In this document: piece after piece, positions 1-23,425 of the stretch | Numbering within the stretch: the first letter of the stretch is position 1 | How the letters are laid out: every line of letters begins with the position of its first letter | Origin: Amoebidium appalachense | Taxonomy: Eukaryota > Protista > Ichthyosporea | DNA length: 64,000 nucleotides | NCBI GenBank assembly: GCA_963693365.1 | Contig: CAVNZM010000009.1 | Location: 4,537,146-4,601,145, forward strand | Direction: 5' to 3' | Position numbers and translations under genes: made by a program | Notes under the pieces: generated by a model | Seen by the model: the letters and a program-made list of their open reading frames with translations, nothing else | Database searches by the model: none | Told to the model about the DNA's origin: nothing

Positions 1-10
1 GCACGCGAGT

Positions 11-76
<66 letters not shown>

Positions 77-246
77 CGCGCGCGCACGCATGCACATGTG
101 AATGTGAGTGAGCAAGTGAGTGAATGAGTGAGGAAGTGTGTGTGTGTATGTGTGTGCGCGCACGTGCGTGTCTATGTGTATATGCCTGCATGCATGAAGA
201 AAACTGGGGTAGATGCCATGACAGGTGGTCCAGGGTTCCCGGGAGG

Positions 247-280
<34 letters not shown>

Positions 281-798
281 CATTTGATCCTCAAGTCAGT
301 GAAAAGTCAGTGAGAGGGGTAGAGTGGGGATGCAGCATGCAGTAAGGGGGCAAGGTGGGAACGAAACTCCCACGTGCTGGTCTATAACTGTGCGTGCGCC
401 GGTGTAGTGCTTGCGTGTGTGCATGTGGGTGTGGTTGGTGTGTGCGTGTGCTTGTGGCATGTGCGTGTGCATGTGTGCGGATGCCTGTGCGGCCTAAACC
501 ATAAATGTGTGTATGTGGTGGTTGTGGGTATGGGGCGGGAAGGGGGGGGGGGGGGGGGGGTCATGTGAATGAGCATCGCCTGTTCGCGCTTGTGTGTGAG
601 TCTGTGGGGGGATAGGTGGGGGGGAGAGGGGGGAGGGGGGGAGAGGGGGGAGGGGGGTGGGGGGGGGGGGGGAGGGGTGGTCAAAGTATTTGTGTGCGCG
701 TGCGTGTGTAGTGGTGGTGGTGGTGGTGTTTGGGGTGGGTGGGTGGGTGGGTGGGGGGGGGGGGGGGGGGGGGGACGAAATTCACACATGAACCCTAC

Positions 799-1296
799 CT
801 TTTTTGCCTGTCAACCATATGCAATTCCTGTGTGTTGAGCACAGTCTTCACCACATCAAGGGGGGTCGTAACCGCTGCTGCTAGAGCCCCCGCCCCTCCT
901 CCAGCCATAACGTGTGTGAATGGGTCATATTCCCCGGTGGGGTTCAAATGCGCTCTGAAATTTTCATATGCGGAAAAGTGGATGGTTTGAAATGGTATGT
1001 TCATTGCTAGCTGGGTGGTGTATGAACGGTAAAATGCCCTTGAGCCCTCGTGTTTTAGAAGTTCACGTACGCAGTGACGCACGGTGGTGTATGGGCTGTT
1101 GTGCATCTGCAGGCGCTGCTTGACCACTGGGTACGTGTGTGTGTGTGTACGTGTGTGTGTGTGTGTGTATACACGTGTATGTGTGTGTGAGAGAGAAGAG
1201 AGAGAGTGTGTGTGTGCGTGTGTGTAGCGGGGACCGGGGGGGGGGGGGGAAAAGGGGGAGGGGTGAGGTATGCATGCATGCATGCATGCATGCATG

Positions 1297-1380
<84 letters not shown>

Positions 1381-2057
1381 TGTGTGTGTGAATGTGTGTG
1401 TGTGTGCGTGTGCGCGCATGTGTGTGTGTGTATGCATGGTGTGTGTGTGTAGTGGTGGTGGTGGTGCCGGGGAGAGGGGAGAAGGGCTAGAATGTGTTAC
1501 AAGGTACAACACAAGACAATGCACGACAGGTTCACAAAGGGAACACAGTGGACGATTCGAAAACGATGCACATACGACCACACACGTATGCAACCGGGGG
1601 AGGAGGGGGGAGGGGGGAGGGGGGAGGGTAGGGGTGAATATGTGCATAATACATTCATGTGCGGTTAATCCCTAGTAAAGACTGCAGCACGTGGGGCAGT
1701 GTGTGTGTGTGTGTGTGCGCCATCATTACTGTGCCTACACATAACCGTTGGAACTGCACACACTTCACAAACAACAAGAACCAACAAGTACACACAAAAA
1801 CGTAGAACATTTTGCAGCCGGTTTTCTCCCCCTGCCCGTTTCATTTACGTAAACAAATACTTGAAAACACGAAACCTACCGTCAAAGGGATTCATAAAGG
1901 CGTCGTGAATAACGGTAGCAGCCATCCCAGATGTGCCTGTGGGGTAAGGAAGAAAGGAAAAGAGGTGTCAATAACAAAACTAATCTGTGTCCGCGGAGTT
2001 TTTACGACAGAGATCAAGGGGTAGAGGGTGGAGTTGGAGTGGGATCAGGTGGGCAGA

Positions 2058-2098
<41 letters not shown>

Positions 2099-2363
2099 AG
2101 AGGAGAATTCCCGAACAGGAAACTCAACCAGTGTGTCTATTTGCTGTGTGCCCAAGCACGTGTTTCAACAGTGTGCTCGTATACGTATGTGCACCACCTT
2201 TGTTGTGTGTGTGTGTGTGTGTGTGTGCATGCGTGGATATGCGCGCACGTCAATATGTTCCTGCAGATAGAATTTGTGTGTGTGTGCGTAGTGTGTGTGT
2301 GTGAGAGCCTGTGTGTGCATGCCAATATGTTCCTCGGATAAGATGTGTGTGTGTGCAGAAATG

Positions 2364-2404
<41 letters not shown>

Positions 2405-2626
2405 CGAGCACGAGCGTGTGTGTGCATGTGTGCATATGCGCGTACGTCAATATGTTCCTGTATATATGATTTGTGCATGTGTTGTACTTATGATAATTAA
2501 GCTCATGGGTACTTGTTTTGGGAATGCACATGTAGCTATTGAGTCTGATGTGCACATGCTCCCTTGTGCTTGTGTGTACGTGTGGTTGGGTATTAAGGCA
2601 GAGTTGAAGAGTTGACAACGTGCAGG

Positions 2627-2698
<72 letters not shown>

Positions 2699-2810
2699 TG
2701 TGTGTGCTTGTGCAAGCATATTTTTTTTTTTGTGTGTGTGTGCCTATGTGCGCGCGCACATATGTGTGCATGTATAAGCACATGCGTTCATAAGTTTATC
2801 TCCCCGTATA

Positions 2811-2897
<87 letters not shown>

Positions 2898-3185
2898 AGC
2901 GTGTATATGCGTGCATGCGGAAACAGCCTTTAGCAGCCACATGGAGTGGGTGAGGGGGGGGGAGGAGGAGGAGGGAGGGAGGGAGGGAGGGAGGGAGGGA
3001 GGGAGGGAGAGAGAGAGGGGGGGGGGGGGGGGGGGGAAGGTGAGGGGAAAAGTATTACCTGAGACGAGTGGGTGTGTGTCAGGCAGATTTGTGGACTGAC
3101 CGATGGTAGACTTGATAGTCTCGTAGGTGGTGAAGTAGAGAGCATGGGCTGGACCAGCACCCATGGCTACAGCATTTACCCCCCT

Positions 3186-3256
<71 letters not shown>

Positions 3257-3279
3257 TGTGTGTGCGTGTGTGTGCATGG

Positions 3280-3313
<34 letters not shown>

Positions 3314-3384
3314 GTGTGTGTGTGTGCATGTGTGTGTGTGTCAGCAAGTGTGTTTATGTGTTTGTGTGTGTCAGGATATGTGTG

Positions 3385-3461
<77 letters not shown>

Positions 3462-3982
3462 TGGGTTAGTGTGTGTGTGTTAATTGTGTGCATGTGTGTA
3501 TGGGTGTGTTAGTGTTTGTGTGCACCTGTGTGCATGCACATGTGAAGGTCTTTTGGATGAACATATGTTGGTGCTCGTGTGTGTTTGTATGTGTGCATGT
3601 GCGAGTCTTTTCCATATCCCTAAATATGTGTGTGGGTACGTATATGATTGTATGTGTGTTTGTGTTTGTGTGCGCTCGGATTTGTAATGCAATATGTGCC
3701 GTTTTGTATATCGTGATATTCACACCTGTGCTGTATGGCAGGCGATATGCCATGCTTATGTGTTGTGTGTAGCCAGAACGTTCGATAAGGCACACAGTGG
3801 GGAGGGAGGGGGGGGTAGGGAGGGGGAGCGGGGGGAGCCATTGAACGTGTATTTAAACTCATAAAGATCCCCCCCCCCCTCCCCTCCCATCTCTTCCCCC
3901 CACCCTCCCCTCCTCCTTCCCCGGCGCATTCCTTGTGCTTCCCTACTCCCTTCTCCCAACCACCTTGAGGTTTTCCCCCCGG

Positions 3983-4019
<37 letters not shown>

Positions 4020-5485
4020 AGGGAAGGGGGGGGGGGGGGGGGAGAGGGGAGGGGGGGCTGTCTTGCAAGCTCAGCCATGCTCCTACAGCTGCTGCATGCG
4101 CTTTCACTTGTGTGCACACATGTGTGGTAATGCATGCCAGTGTGCGCTTGCATGTGTGTGCATGTGTGCATGTGTGCATCTGTCGAGGGGCGCGTGTCTA
4201 AACATTAATTGCAGTACTCTTGTCCGTGTGTGCGTGTGGGTGTGCGTGCATGCATGTGTGGGTGTGTGTGCATGTGTGTGTGTGCTTGTGTGTGCATGTG
4301 CGCGTGTGTGCGCGCCCGTGAGCCAAAAGGTGTACATGTGCTCATGTTGTTACTTTGTGCACGTGTGTGAACGTTATTGAAAGTCTGGGGTTAAGGAGGG
4401 CTAGCATGAGAGAGCGGGAGGGAGGGGGGGGGGGGGGGGGGGGAGGGAGGATGGAGAAAAAGACCGTTCTGAAAAAAGGGGAAAGGAGAGGGAGTGAACA
4501 AAGAAAGAAAGGACAGGTTACGGGAAGGGCAGGGTGGTGGGAGGGTGGTAATGGTGGTGGTGGTGGTGGTGGTTTTTTGGGGGGGGGGGGGGGGGGGGGG
4601 GGGAGAAGGGGAAAGGGTTATTTTCCTCGAGGGGGAAAAAAAAAATGGAAGGGGGACAAGGGCCCCGGGGGGGGGGGGGGGGGGGGGGGGCAAGGAAGGA
4701 AGAGAGGAGCAGGAGAGGACAGGATGTGAATAATAACACTGGGGAAAGTGTGTGTGTGTGTGTGTGGGGGGGGGGGGGGGGAGGGGGGGCGGGGTCACAC
4801 GGCTTTTTAAAATTAGAGCAAAAAGGTGGGGAAAAAAGGGGGGGGGGGGGGGAGTGTGGCGGAAGGGAAGGAAGGGGGGGGAGGAGAAAGAGAAGGGGGG
4901 GAGGGCGGGGGAGTAAGGGAGAAAGGGAGGAGGGGGGAGAGAGAGAGAGCATGTGTGTTTTTAATTGGGGGGGGGGGGGGGGGGAGGATGCATTGAGCTT
5001 AATTATACCTAAACGTAGACATGAAACCAGCGGTCTCTGTCACAGCGCGAAATGAACTCAGAATGCCCCGATATATGCTCTGGGCACTTGGGTTCATGCT
5101 CTGCATCTTGGTCTGCACACAACAGGAAGGACGTCAGAAAAACGAGAACACCTACGAAGAACGGCCGTGAAAAGACAAGGAGCCACCACTGGCCCAGCAG
5201 GGAAACCAGGGGTATAAAGAGGACCAAGCATTATGACGAGGTAAAAAGAGAAAAGAGGAGACAAGCACCCGGAAAAGAGAAACAGCCACATTATACGTGG
5301 TCAAGGGGTGTCAAGGTCGGGAAGGGGAAGGAGGCAAAGATGGTTTGCGTCGGGGCGAGGGGGGGACGGGGGGGGGGGGGGGAGGGGAGGGGGAGAGGGG
5401 AGGGGGGAGGGGGGCGACGAAGGTCGGATGGGCAGAAAGCGGGTTGGGGAAGGAAGGGGGGAAAGGGGAGGGAAGAGAGGGGATA

Positions 5486-5520
<35 letters not shown>

Positions 5521-5697
5521 GGGAGGGAGGTTGAAAGGCGGAACAACACAAGAATATATGTCAAAGTACACACTTGCCTTGATAGAGTCCATGGGGTACA
5601 TGGCACAGTGCTCCAGTATGCCAGCCATACCCCCGGCCATAAGGTGCACTGACATCTTAGACGTCGGCAGCTCTTCGTATTCCTCTCCGGGTTCCAT
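799..5697 (-). CDS. Mitoferrin (SLC25A37/28, MRS3/4-like mitochondrial iron carrier); last exon(s) not located, probably outside the window
   Basis: Exons 5697-5578, 5112-5009, 3183-3059, 1936-1880 and 1126-799 splice in frame. Product reads [105 protein letters not shown]. It has three PxDxxK carrier motifs plus mitoferrin-type EH, GPAHA and MNIPF motifs. Confidence 0.93.
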
Positions 5698-5968
5698 TTT
5701 ATTGCTCTATTCTATGTTCTTAGAAAAAATGGGCGGGCCAAAGTGTGCTTAGCACCCAGCTATATGTCACACACGTGCAAGGTTGGGTGAGGCTGGCCGA
5801 CAGGCACAGTCCGGAGAAATTTTCCCACTAAAGGCCGTGTTGAGATTTTCCTGAAAAGGCAAACGCTATGTGAACAAGCGATGAATGCTGGTAGGCAAAT
5901 ATACGAGTTATTGTTCGGCCCGTAACTTGACACAAAAAGGACTCGGAAGTTTTTCTACTTGAGTTCTG

Positions 5969-6008
5969 GTGCAACTGTAATCACCACGGTGCAACTGTAA
6001 TCACCACG
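5969..6008. repeat. Perfect 20-bp tandem duplication upstream of mitoferrin
   Basis: GTGCAACTGTAATCACCACG occurs twice in a row. Confidence 0.9.
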
Positions 6009-7040
6009 AAGTAAGGAAAGAACATGACGATGAAAATTAAAAACGCCTATGTTGCTTTCAAAAGCCCGAACTCTTGCATACCATTCTTCAATGATTCTCG
6101 TTGATTCTCTCTCTATGCTCACATGTCGAAACGAAGCAAACGACTTCAAACAAACAGCAGTGAAAGAAACCGCACGAGCGCATGATGCAACGTGCTTTTG
6201 TAGTTGTACCGTACGAATCATGTGGAGGACGGTAAAATCACGTTGATCTTGCAACCCCGTAGGTGTTCAAATCAAAGAGCTCCTCGTACACAAATATATA
6301 TCATACAAAAACCCAAATTTAATAAGTCGCAAGTAATTTATAACAAATACATTGCTTATTTTTGTTATATAAAGTACGCTTTGTTGAAGTCGAAGTATAC
6401 ACATCGTACCCATGTATATATCGTTTTGACTTGACTCCTGATCAACAACTTTACGGTTATGTTTTTGCCCTACTTCTCATTTGTATGATTACGCCAATGA
6501 AACGCGAACAGACGATCTTTGTCCAATCGGACGTGGCTTGCGAGCTGCTTATCAGCTATCGATCGGCCAATCAAAATGGCACCGTGTTCCTCTTCCTCTC
6601 TTCCTCAATATATCCGTTTTAAGATGACTATCCTAGATCACCTTATTAATGCTGCACAGTATGATATTGTGATCCGGTGCCTTAACTTTCTGTCGGAGCT
6701 ACCGATGCTAGCATCTGCTTACCCATAATCTGTAATAGGGGTGTCAGATACTACGATGGCGCTCATTGTTGCCTAGCATGTACATATGTCACTGGCTGCA
6801 TTTGATTGGCTGTGCTGGAAAACGCAGTAGGCCGTCGCATGTGGCTGGGCCTCCGGCAATGTCCACGCAATAAAAAGTGTGTAAACCCCAAAACTTCCAC
6901 AGTCCCCCTCTGTGTGCGGGCATCCAGCTAAGGCGCTTTTTATACACTAGTTTGGATCGCCTATGTAAAGATTTCAATGGCTTTGCTTCGCTCCCATCGG
7001 AATGATGACGTAATGAAGGGCTGGGGGAAGGGTTACCCAT

Positions 7041-7260
7041 AACGGTCATGTATCGCCAAATGTAGTTTGATAGACCACATAATACCGCAACACACACACG
7101 TCACATTCACAACAGACACCCAGAAAGATAGCCTACCTGTAAATTACAACATCCTTGATTTTATACTAAACACGCGTAACTACGACCTGTTTATTAGATG
7201 TATTGATTGGCTTGAGAAACACATCACTACAAAATTATAGCGCACGTGCACACACACACA

Positions 7261-7331
<71 letters not shown>

Positions 7332-7362
7332 CCAGATGATACCGAGTGTCCCAGGGGAGCCC

Positions 7363-7406
<44 letters not shown>

Positions 7407-7575
7407 GGGGAACCCCAACTATGGTGTCTCGTAGAGAAAGTAAACCCTGATATATAGTCATCACCCGACATCTATGTACGTGATCATGATATACCGCTGA
7501 GGGGATATTCCGAGCAAACCCCCCCCCCATACCTGAGACTGGTTTCTCTTTGCCTCGTAAAACAGCGTAAACCCT
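7041..7575 (+). repeat. Dispersed ~540-bp repeat, copy 1 (probable non-autonomous TE fragment)
   Basis: Near-identical to the reverse complement of 36137-36705, e.g. TATCGCCAAATGTAGTTTGATAGACCACATAATACCGCAAC and TCATCACCCGACATCTATGTACGTGATCATGATATACCGCTGAGGGGATATTCCGAGC. Internal (CA)n and poly-A tracts differ in length. Confidence 0.88.
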
Positions 7576-8505
7576 ACCCATATACCATATAGGTTTAGGG
7601 ATGTCCGACGCTATCTTCAATGTCAAAATCGGCAAAAACCCCTGGCAGATACTGATCTGTCTCCTAACGTTGAACTTCCTTACTGTCGTTCTCCCGTTTG
7701 CGGGCTGAAAAAAAAAGTAAAACGCAAAAAGGAGAAACAGCTCAGAAGGTGTTAGCAAAAACCCGTCCTCCTAAGCCTCCGATTGTCAGGGTCGCGGTCA
7801 CTCTGTACACAATCGTCTATGACAAAACTTTAGTTTTTTCTAGTTTTCACCATAACATAATAAGCGGCGGACACCCCATGTTGCTTATACAATAAATGTA
7901 TGTCGTGTTATTTATAAAAATATTTATTTGTTGACTTAAACCTGTTTTCTATTCATATTTTTAACTTTGATCACCTAAAGCGTCATGATTATTATGCGTT
8001 TTTTCATTTCCGACAACTTTTACTAGTGAACCACAAACTGTTTTCTAAGTAAAAACGAGTAAAATATGTACATCAGAGCGTATGGATTTGCACCCCGGCC
8101 CGGGGCAGCCCTTACCCTAGCCCTTTCGGAAAGCGAGGCCAATCGGACGATCCGAATCTTTCAGGTAAGACATATAAGGTTACGCATACGAATTCCAATG
8201 GGAATTCCGAGCTAGTTTTATTTTGGATGTGTACGTGACGTGCCTGACGTCGCGCTTTGTCCTTGCAAGGTGAAGGACCTCGTCCACACCTGAGCGTCAA
8301 CAGCGCCTGAATACAGCCTTTTGCAACTACCACAGGCATCAGGCCCGACCACATTCTAATATCAGAAAAGATGTGCCCAGTGTTACGGTGATTCTAACCA
8401 GTAGCAGAATCGTGCAATATTTGATGTCAATAGTCCTCACAATCTAGTAGACCTCGAAGAGTCAAGGATTGATGGCCATATGCACCTTGAAGCCTGGCAG
8501 TTCCA

Positions 8506-16714
<8,209 letters not shown>

Positions 16715-17411
16715 CTTGACTAGGGTTAGTAAGAAGATTATGAAAAAGCACGTCTGATAACTCTCCAACACTCTGCAAGACAAAACAAAACGAGCTGATG
16801 TTTCACTTGATGGCAAGGCCTAGTATACGGTGCTTATTTAGGAGGCATTGCTTGATGGCCATTACATGAGGGGAGGGTAAGAAATAGTCTGTTTCAGATT
16901 GCGTCACTTTTCTACATTTTTAGAGCTTGGTGATGGTCAAAATACTACAATGGCGTAAAATAGACTAAGTACCTAATAATGATTGGCTAAAACGGTATCA
17001 CTGTGTTCAGCCATATATAGTAACACTAAACCTCTTATGATTGGCTCTAACTAGATACCTTGATTCCTATTGGCTTACCGCGGGAAAGGTTTTCGCTCCT
17101 CTCCCGGCTTTTTTTGGAGCAACCGTTTTCTGTGAAGGGGAGAATTACGAACTCGACGAGGACCTTGATGGAGCACAAAACATGAAAGATTTACATAGTT
17201 AGTGATTGCCGATGGTATGCGTGTTAGGTGGGTGAAGGCTAGCAATTTGGCAAGGTAAATGGAAATAACATGCAAGACATTTAAGACTTTGTTATTGTTA
17301 TTAGTATTTATGATGGTTGGTATTGATGTTACACTTCTTCATGTTGTTAGTGGTATGGTCTGCTGAAAGACAGTTTAAGTATTTCCACAATCTTTGTTCG
17401 CTGTCAGCAAA
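16715..17411. promoter_or_regulatory. Probable bidirectional promoter between the divergent Tim44-like and myotubularin genes
   Basis: ~700-bp repeat-free gap between head-to-head start codons, with three ATTGGCT (CCAAT-box) motifs near 16982, 17040 and 17069. Confidence 0.55.
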
Positions 17412-18773
17412 ATGGAGGAACCCATTAGCGATAGCTGGCTGAAAATAGCAGACATAGTCCTGTCCAAGGCACTAGAGGGGACCTGTGAACAAGAAGACAC
17501 CGCATCTTCCTCCCAGCCTGTTGCAAGGCTAGAAGGCGTTTCAGCGCAACAGAACCACGAAGCATCTCCCTCCACCCTGGAGGAAAGCAACAACAAAACA
17601 CAGGAAGAATGTGCTCCACCCGAGGTTCCAACAATAATCAAAACCATAGAATCTAGCACTTCAAGTACAGATGCAATACCCACACCCCTAGTTATAACAC
17701 CCGGGCACACTGCTCGACTCCCATCATCCCTTGCACGCCATGGTGACGCACACGCTCGGTTGGATATTCCACCTCCCCCTTCTTCTGCATTCTCGCCACA
17801 AAAGGAGTCAGATCCGCGTTTAAAATACACGGTGAATGTCCAGGAGGACGTTGATTTTGCTGGAAAAGACAGCCTTCAGGCATTTGACGGGGAGATTTTT
17901 CGGCCCGACTTTGGAAGATGTAACCATGGTTAACTACTTGGGACAGCAGGTCATCGGGAGACTGCTGGTGACAAACATGCGCATGTGTTTTTTGCAAACA
18001 TCCGTGGAACCCGTCATCCCTGCCGCAAGAAAACCATTTTTGAATCTGGCTTCGCAAATTCAGGACGAGGATTTGAGGCAGAGGTCCCCTAGTCTGAGTT
18101 CGAACGCATCAAACGGGGCAGGGTTGATTCATAGACATAAGTCTTTTATGCAGTCCATGAGTGAACATGCATCTAGAAGGGTTTCCAGCTTCTTCCAACC
18201 GGACACAACCGCAAAGACATCGTCGCCCTTAGGCAATACTCGTTCACTTATGTCCATGGATTTGGGCGCTGCGGGCGTGACGACAGCAACTCACTTTTTC
18301 GTTCCGTTGGGGATGATCCACCAAGTGGAAAAGACTGGGCACAAGCATTCAGCCGAGAGTTCCACCTACGGCCTGGATGTAACAACGAAAGATCTACGCA
18401 TGTTTCGTTTCCTTCTTACGCCGGAAAGGCACAGCCGCAAGGAGTTCTATAACTTCCTCACCAAGCACGCGTTTTCGCTTTCATCTGACCTCCCCTGGTT
18501 CGCATTCATCCTCAAGGAGCGCGAATTCGCAAACATGCCAGGGTGGAACGTTTATAATCCAGAAGCAGAGTATTCTCGCTTAGGCATTGGGACACCCGGT
18601 TGCCCGTGGCGACACACAGTTGCGAATGAACAATACCAGCTGTGTGACACGTATCCGTCCTACTTAGTGGTTCCCGCCACCACCACTGATGAAGAGCTCC
18701 GTGCGTGTGCTGCCTTTCGTAGTCGAGGGAGGGTGATGGCGCTCTCTTGGTTACACCCAACAACAAAGGTTTT

Positions 18774-18809
<36 letters not shown>

Positions 18810-19550
18810 GATCATCCACCAGTCCCAACCACCACGAGCGCCATGAAAGGAAGAAATGGAAAGAAAAGATCCCAAGGCAGGGGAGTTCGAATAAGGGATA
18901 AAAAAAGAAGTGCAGTGTACACTCGATTATAAATGGCCATACTTCCAACCCTCCTTTCTTTCTTTACTTTTCTTTTCTTTTCTTTTTTTTTTTTTTGCGC
19001 GCACGAGTGTTTCAAGTTTGGGGGGAGGGGGGGGGGGGAGGGGGGGGGGGGGGGGGGGGAGGGGGGGGAGGGAGCGGGGGGGAGACTAGAGAGATTCTGG
19101 GAAAGGCCGGCTGGGGGAACATGTATGAGGAGGCTCTCACAAATTGGAATCGGCCCGTCGGGGGGGGGGGGGGGGGGGGAGGGAGAGGGGGGAGGGGGCA
19201 TGCGTGATATTTGTCTATCCACTGAAGTGCAAATGTTCATGATTCGGGTGCTGTGGAACGATTGATCCCCCTTGAGCATCGGCTCACTTTGATAAGTGTA
19301 TATCCGTGTTCTCGATGCATGTATTTATAGTGTTGTTCGCTGTGCCTTTCACTCCCCCCTCACCCCCCTCCTCCCCCCCCCCCCCCCCCCTCCCCTCCCC
19401 CACCGACACACTCACATGCGTGTGTGTATGCTTGCATACATTCACGTGCACACACGCACGCGCGCGCACACACACACAGGCACACAGATACGTACACAGG
19501 CATACAAACACAAAAGAACCCGGGGATTTTCAACCTCCTTGCTGTTCCTT

Positions 19551-19581
<31 letters not shown>

Positions 19582-19776
19582 CCCCTCCCCTCCCCCCCCC
19601 CCTCCAACCCCCCCCCCCCCCCCCCCCCCCCCCCAACCAACCAACGCGTTTCCACGGAAGAAGAATCCCTTCTCTTGTTACATACTTTGTGTGTTTTATG
19701 TGTAAATGGTGTATCTGCATGGTCGTGTCCATTGCAAATGTGTATTGGTACTGTTTCACCCTATCTAGATCACCAA

Positions 19777-19822
<46 letters not shown>

Positions 19823-20039
19823 CCCCCCGCCCCCCCAACCCCCCAACCCACCCAACCAACCTTACCAACCACCACCACCCCCCACCACCCCACCCGTTTC
19901 TGCATCCCTCCTGCTCTCTCTCTCCTTCCACATGCTAACGTACACCCAGTGTTTATTCTCTAGTACATTTTTCAACTATGGGCGGTGATTTTCATTGTGT
20001 CGTCGTACTTTGTACTGTGCATCACTCAATATATGTTAT

Positions 20040-20089
<50 letters not shown>

Positions 20090-20286
20090 AAAAAAAAAAA
20101 GAAGGAAAAAAAAAAAAGAAAAAAAAGGGGGAAATGGGGACCCCAAAAAAGGAAAAGAAAGAAGAAATTTTTTTTCTCCCATTCCACTTACATACGCTGC
20201 GTGATGGGGCTGTCTTTCTGCTCAGATACAGAACACCGTAACAGTGCTCTTAAAAACTTCACAAAAGAACGAGAAATAAGGTGTGT

Positions 20287-20317
<31 letters not shown>

Positions 20318-21172
20318 GGAGGGGGGGGGGGGGGGGAAGACGGGGGGGGGGGGGGGGGGGGAGCAGAAGCCGACATGCCCCAATGCTCATGCACGCTTGA
20401 TATTTCCACAGGCAGCGATACTACGCAGCAGCCAGCCCAACGTGGGGATCACTCTTAAACGGTGCCCGGAGGACGAAACCATGGCCTTATCCATATGCCA
20501 AATCACACCGGCAACAGCGGAAAACCCCCGGCTAGTAATTCTTGACTCGAGGCCCAAAATAAACGCCGTGGTGAATCAGGCAATGGGGCAGGGTTATGAA
20601 AGCACGGCAAACTATCCATATTGCGAATTACATTTTATGGATATTGAGAATATCCACGTCATGAGAGATAGTCTGAAGAGGTTGAGGGAGTTGGTGGGGC
20701 CTTACCCTCCCCACCCGTCACGGTGGTTGGCAGCACTTGAGGCGTCTGGGTGGCTCACACATGTGAAGGTGGGGATTCAGTTTTGTGTGTTTGTGGCTGT
20801 GTGTAAGTGGATGGATATGTGGTGTGGATGTGTGTGGGTGTGAGAGAGTGTGTGTGTACACACACACTGGGTTGAATGGGGAGAGGAGAGTTGAGGGGGG
20901 GGAGGGGGGGGGGGGATGTTCTTGTGTTGGGAAGGTGGGTGGGTTTGGGATTGGATGTGTGTGTGTAACCGTCGATGTCTTTGTGCCCCTACGAGCGCAC
21001 GCGCGCGCGTGTGTGGTGATGGTGTTCGCGCAGGATGAGGTGTTTGTGTTTTTCTTTTTCTTTTTTCTTTTCTTTTTCTCTTCTTTTTTTGGGGGGGGGG
21101 AGGGGGGGGGGGGGGGGGGGGGGCAGTTTGTGTTCATGTTGCAGGCTTGCTCATTAATGTTTAACACCCATC

Positions 21173-21242
<70 letters not shown>

Positions 21243-21291
21243 AACACCAAACACCAATCACCAACACCCTGCCCCTCCTTCCCCGGCCTCA

Positions 21292-21322
<31 letters not shown>

Positions 21323-21327
21323 CGCAC

Positions 21328-21380
<53 letters not shown>

Positions 21381-21998
21381 TGTGCCTGCTGGGTGCAGTG
21401 GAGGTAGCACAGACGGTGTCCCGTGAGCGTGTGTCTGTGCTTGTGCACTGCAGTGACGGATGGGACCGAACCTCCCAGGCCACATCCCTGGCTATGCTCA
21501 TGCTTGACCCCTTCTACCGCACTATCATGGGCTTCCAGGTAAAAACACTCCCTTCTTGTGGAATTTCAAGAGTCATTCTCGTCACGCTACCATCCGCTAG
21601 TAAGAACATCTCAAAATTATGCCTCGCTGCATGTTTTTTGGAAAAATGGACTTGGTCGTGTTTTTGTTGACAGGGATTCTTGTTGGCGGATAAATCGTTA
21701 ATATCTGAATGTAACATATGCACGGGGACGAAAATTTTGGTACCATGCATGACGTGCACACCCTTCCTATATGGCTGATATGCTCCGATTGGTGGTTTGG
21801 GTCTTTTGTATTCACCCATACCATCACAAGCGGCCAGCATTAAGTATCACCCTTGGTGTGGGGACCAGGCAACTTTCTGACATACTCATCGTTAACAGAT
21901 ACCACTGCACATTATGGGCTTTTGTGGGACGGAAGTGTATATTTAGATTATCTAGTATCTTGAACCTATTCTTCTTAACATTTCTGCATTGCAGCACC

Positions 21999-22039
<41 letters not shown>

Positions 22040-22351
22040 TCCCGGTCCTCCCACTCCCTACTACACACCGCCCCCCCCCCCTCCCCCCCCCCCCCCGTCC
22101 CTGCCCAGCCACCCACCCACCCATCCCCCTGCCCCGCAGCCGTCCCGTCTGCCTTCCCGCCCTGCCCCTTGTCTGCCCGCATAGCTTGCACACATTAATA
22201 TGGAAACCTTTCTCTCTGGCCATACTGTGCAAAACAAATCTAACCCTCCTTCCCCCCTTACCCCCCCCCCCCCCCCCCCCCCCCCCTTCCTCCCCCTCCC
22301 TTCCCGAACACCACTACCAACACCACACACACACTTGCTCTCACACACACA

Positions 22352-22388
<37 letters not shown>

Positions 22389-23385
22389 TGCACCCACCCA
22401 CCCACCCACACACGTACCCACACATACACACACATACGGTCTCACACATGCATGCACGCGCACAGTCACACACAACCACACACACAGACACAGACACCAC
22501 AAACACGTACAAACACCCTCACACATCACACACACACAACACACACACACACACGTTGCCCCCCCCCCCCACCCTCCACACACGAACAACACACACACAC
22601 AACAGATCCTCATCGAAAAGGAGTGGCTCTCATTCGGCCACAAGTTTGCGCAGCGCACGGGCATGGGGGACCGCCGCCATGACGACGAGCAGCGGTCACC
22701 GATCTTTGTCCAATGGGCAGACTGTGTTTGGCAGATGCTCAACCAATCACCGGAGGCATTTGAGTTTAATGAGACCATGCTGGTGACCATCTTGGACCAC
22801 ATGTATGCCGGATATTTTGGCACCTTTTTTGGTAATTGCGAGGCTCAGCGAGTGGCAGAAAAGGTTAGTCCCTCCCCTCCACCCCCTCCCCCTCCCTTCC
22901 CGCCCCCCTCCTCCCCCCCCCTCCCCAACACGCACACACACATATACAAGGTTGGTCCCTCCCTTCCCCCCCCCTCCCCCTCCCCTCCCCCCCCCCCCCC
23001 CCCCCCCCCTTCCCCCCCCCCAACACACACACACACATACACCGGCCGGCCTCCGGCACACACACGTACACACACTTTAAAATGACACATGAGCACACGT
23101 ACACGTACACAGAGACACATAGTGTGTGCACATGTGTGCATACACATGTACACGCACTCAGACACACCCACACATAGGTGCATGCACACACACACACACC
23201 TACAGGCACCACCACCATCACCAAACGTCCACCCACCCATGGTCCCTCCAACCTCGTGCTCGTATTCTTTTTCCGTCACCCATTCCGTGTGGCTCCCTCC
23301 CCCATGTGCGGATCAAAGCTAGGGAAAAGGGGATCGTTTTGTCATTGTGGTCGTTTTCCCTGCATGGATGCGGTGAGGCCAAACA

Positions 23386-23425
<40 letters not shown>

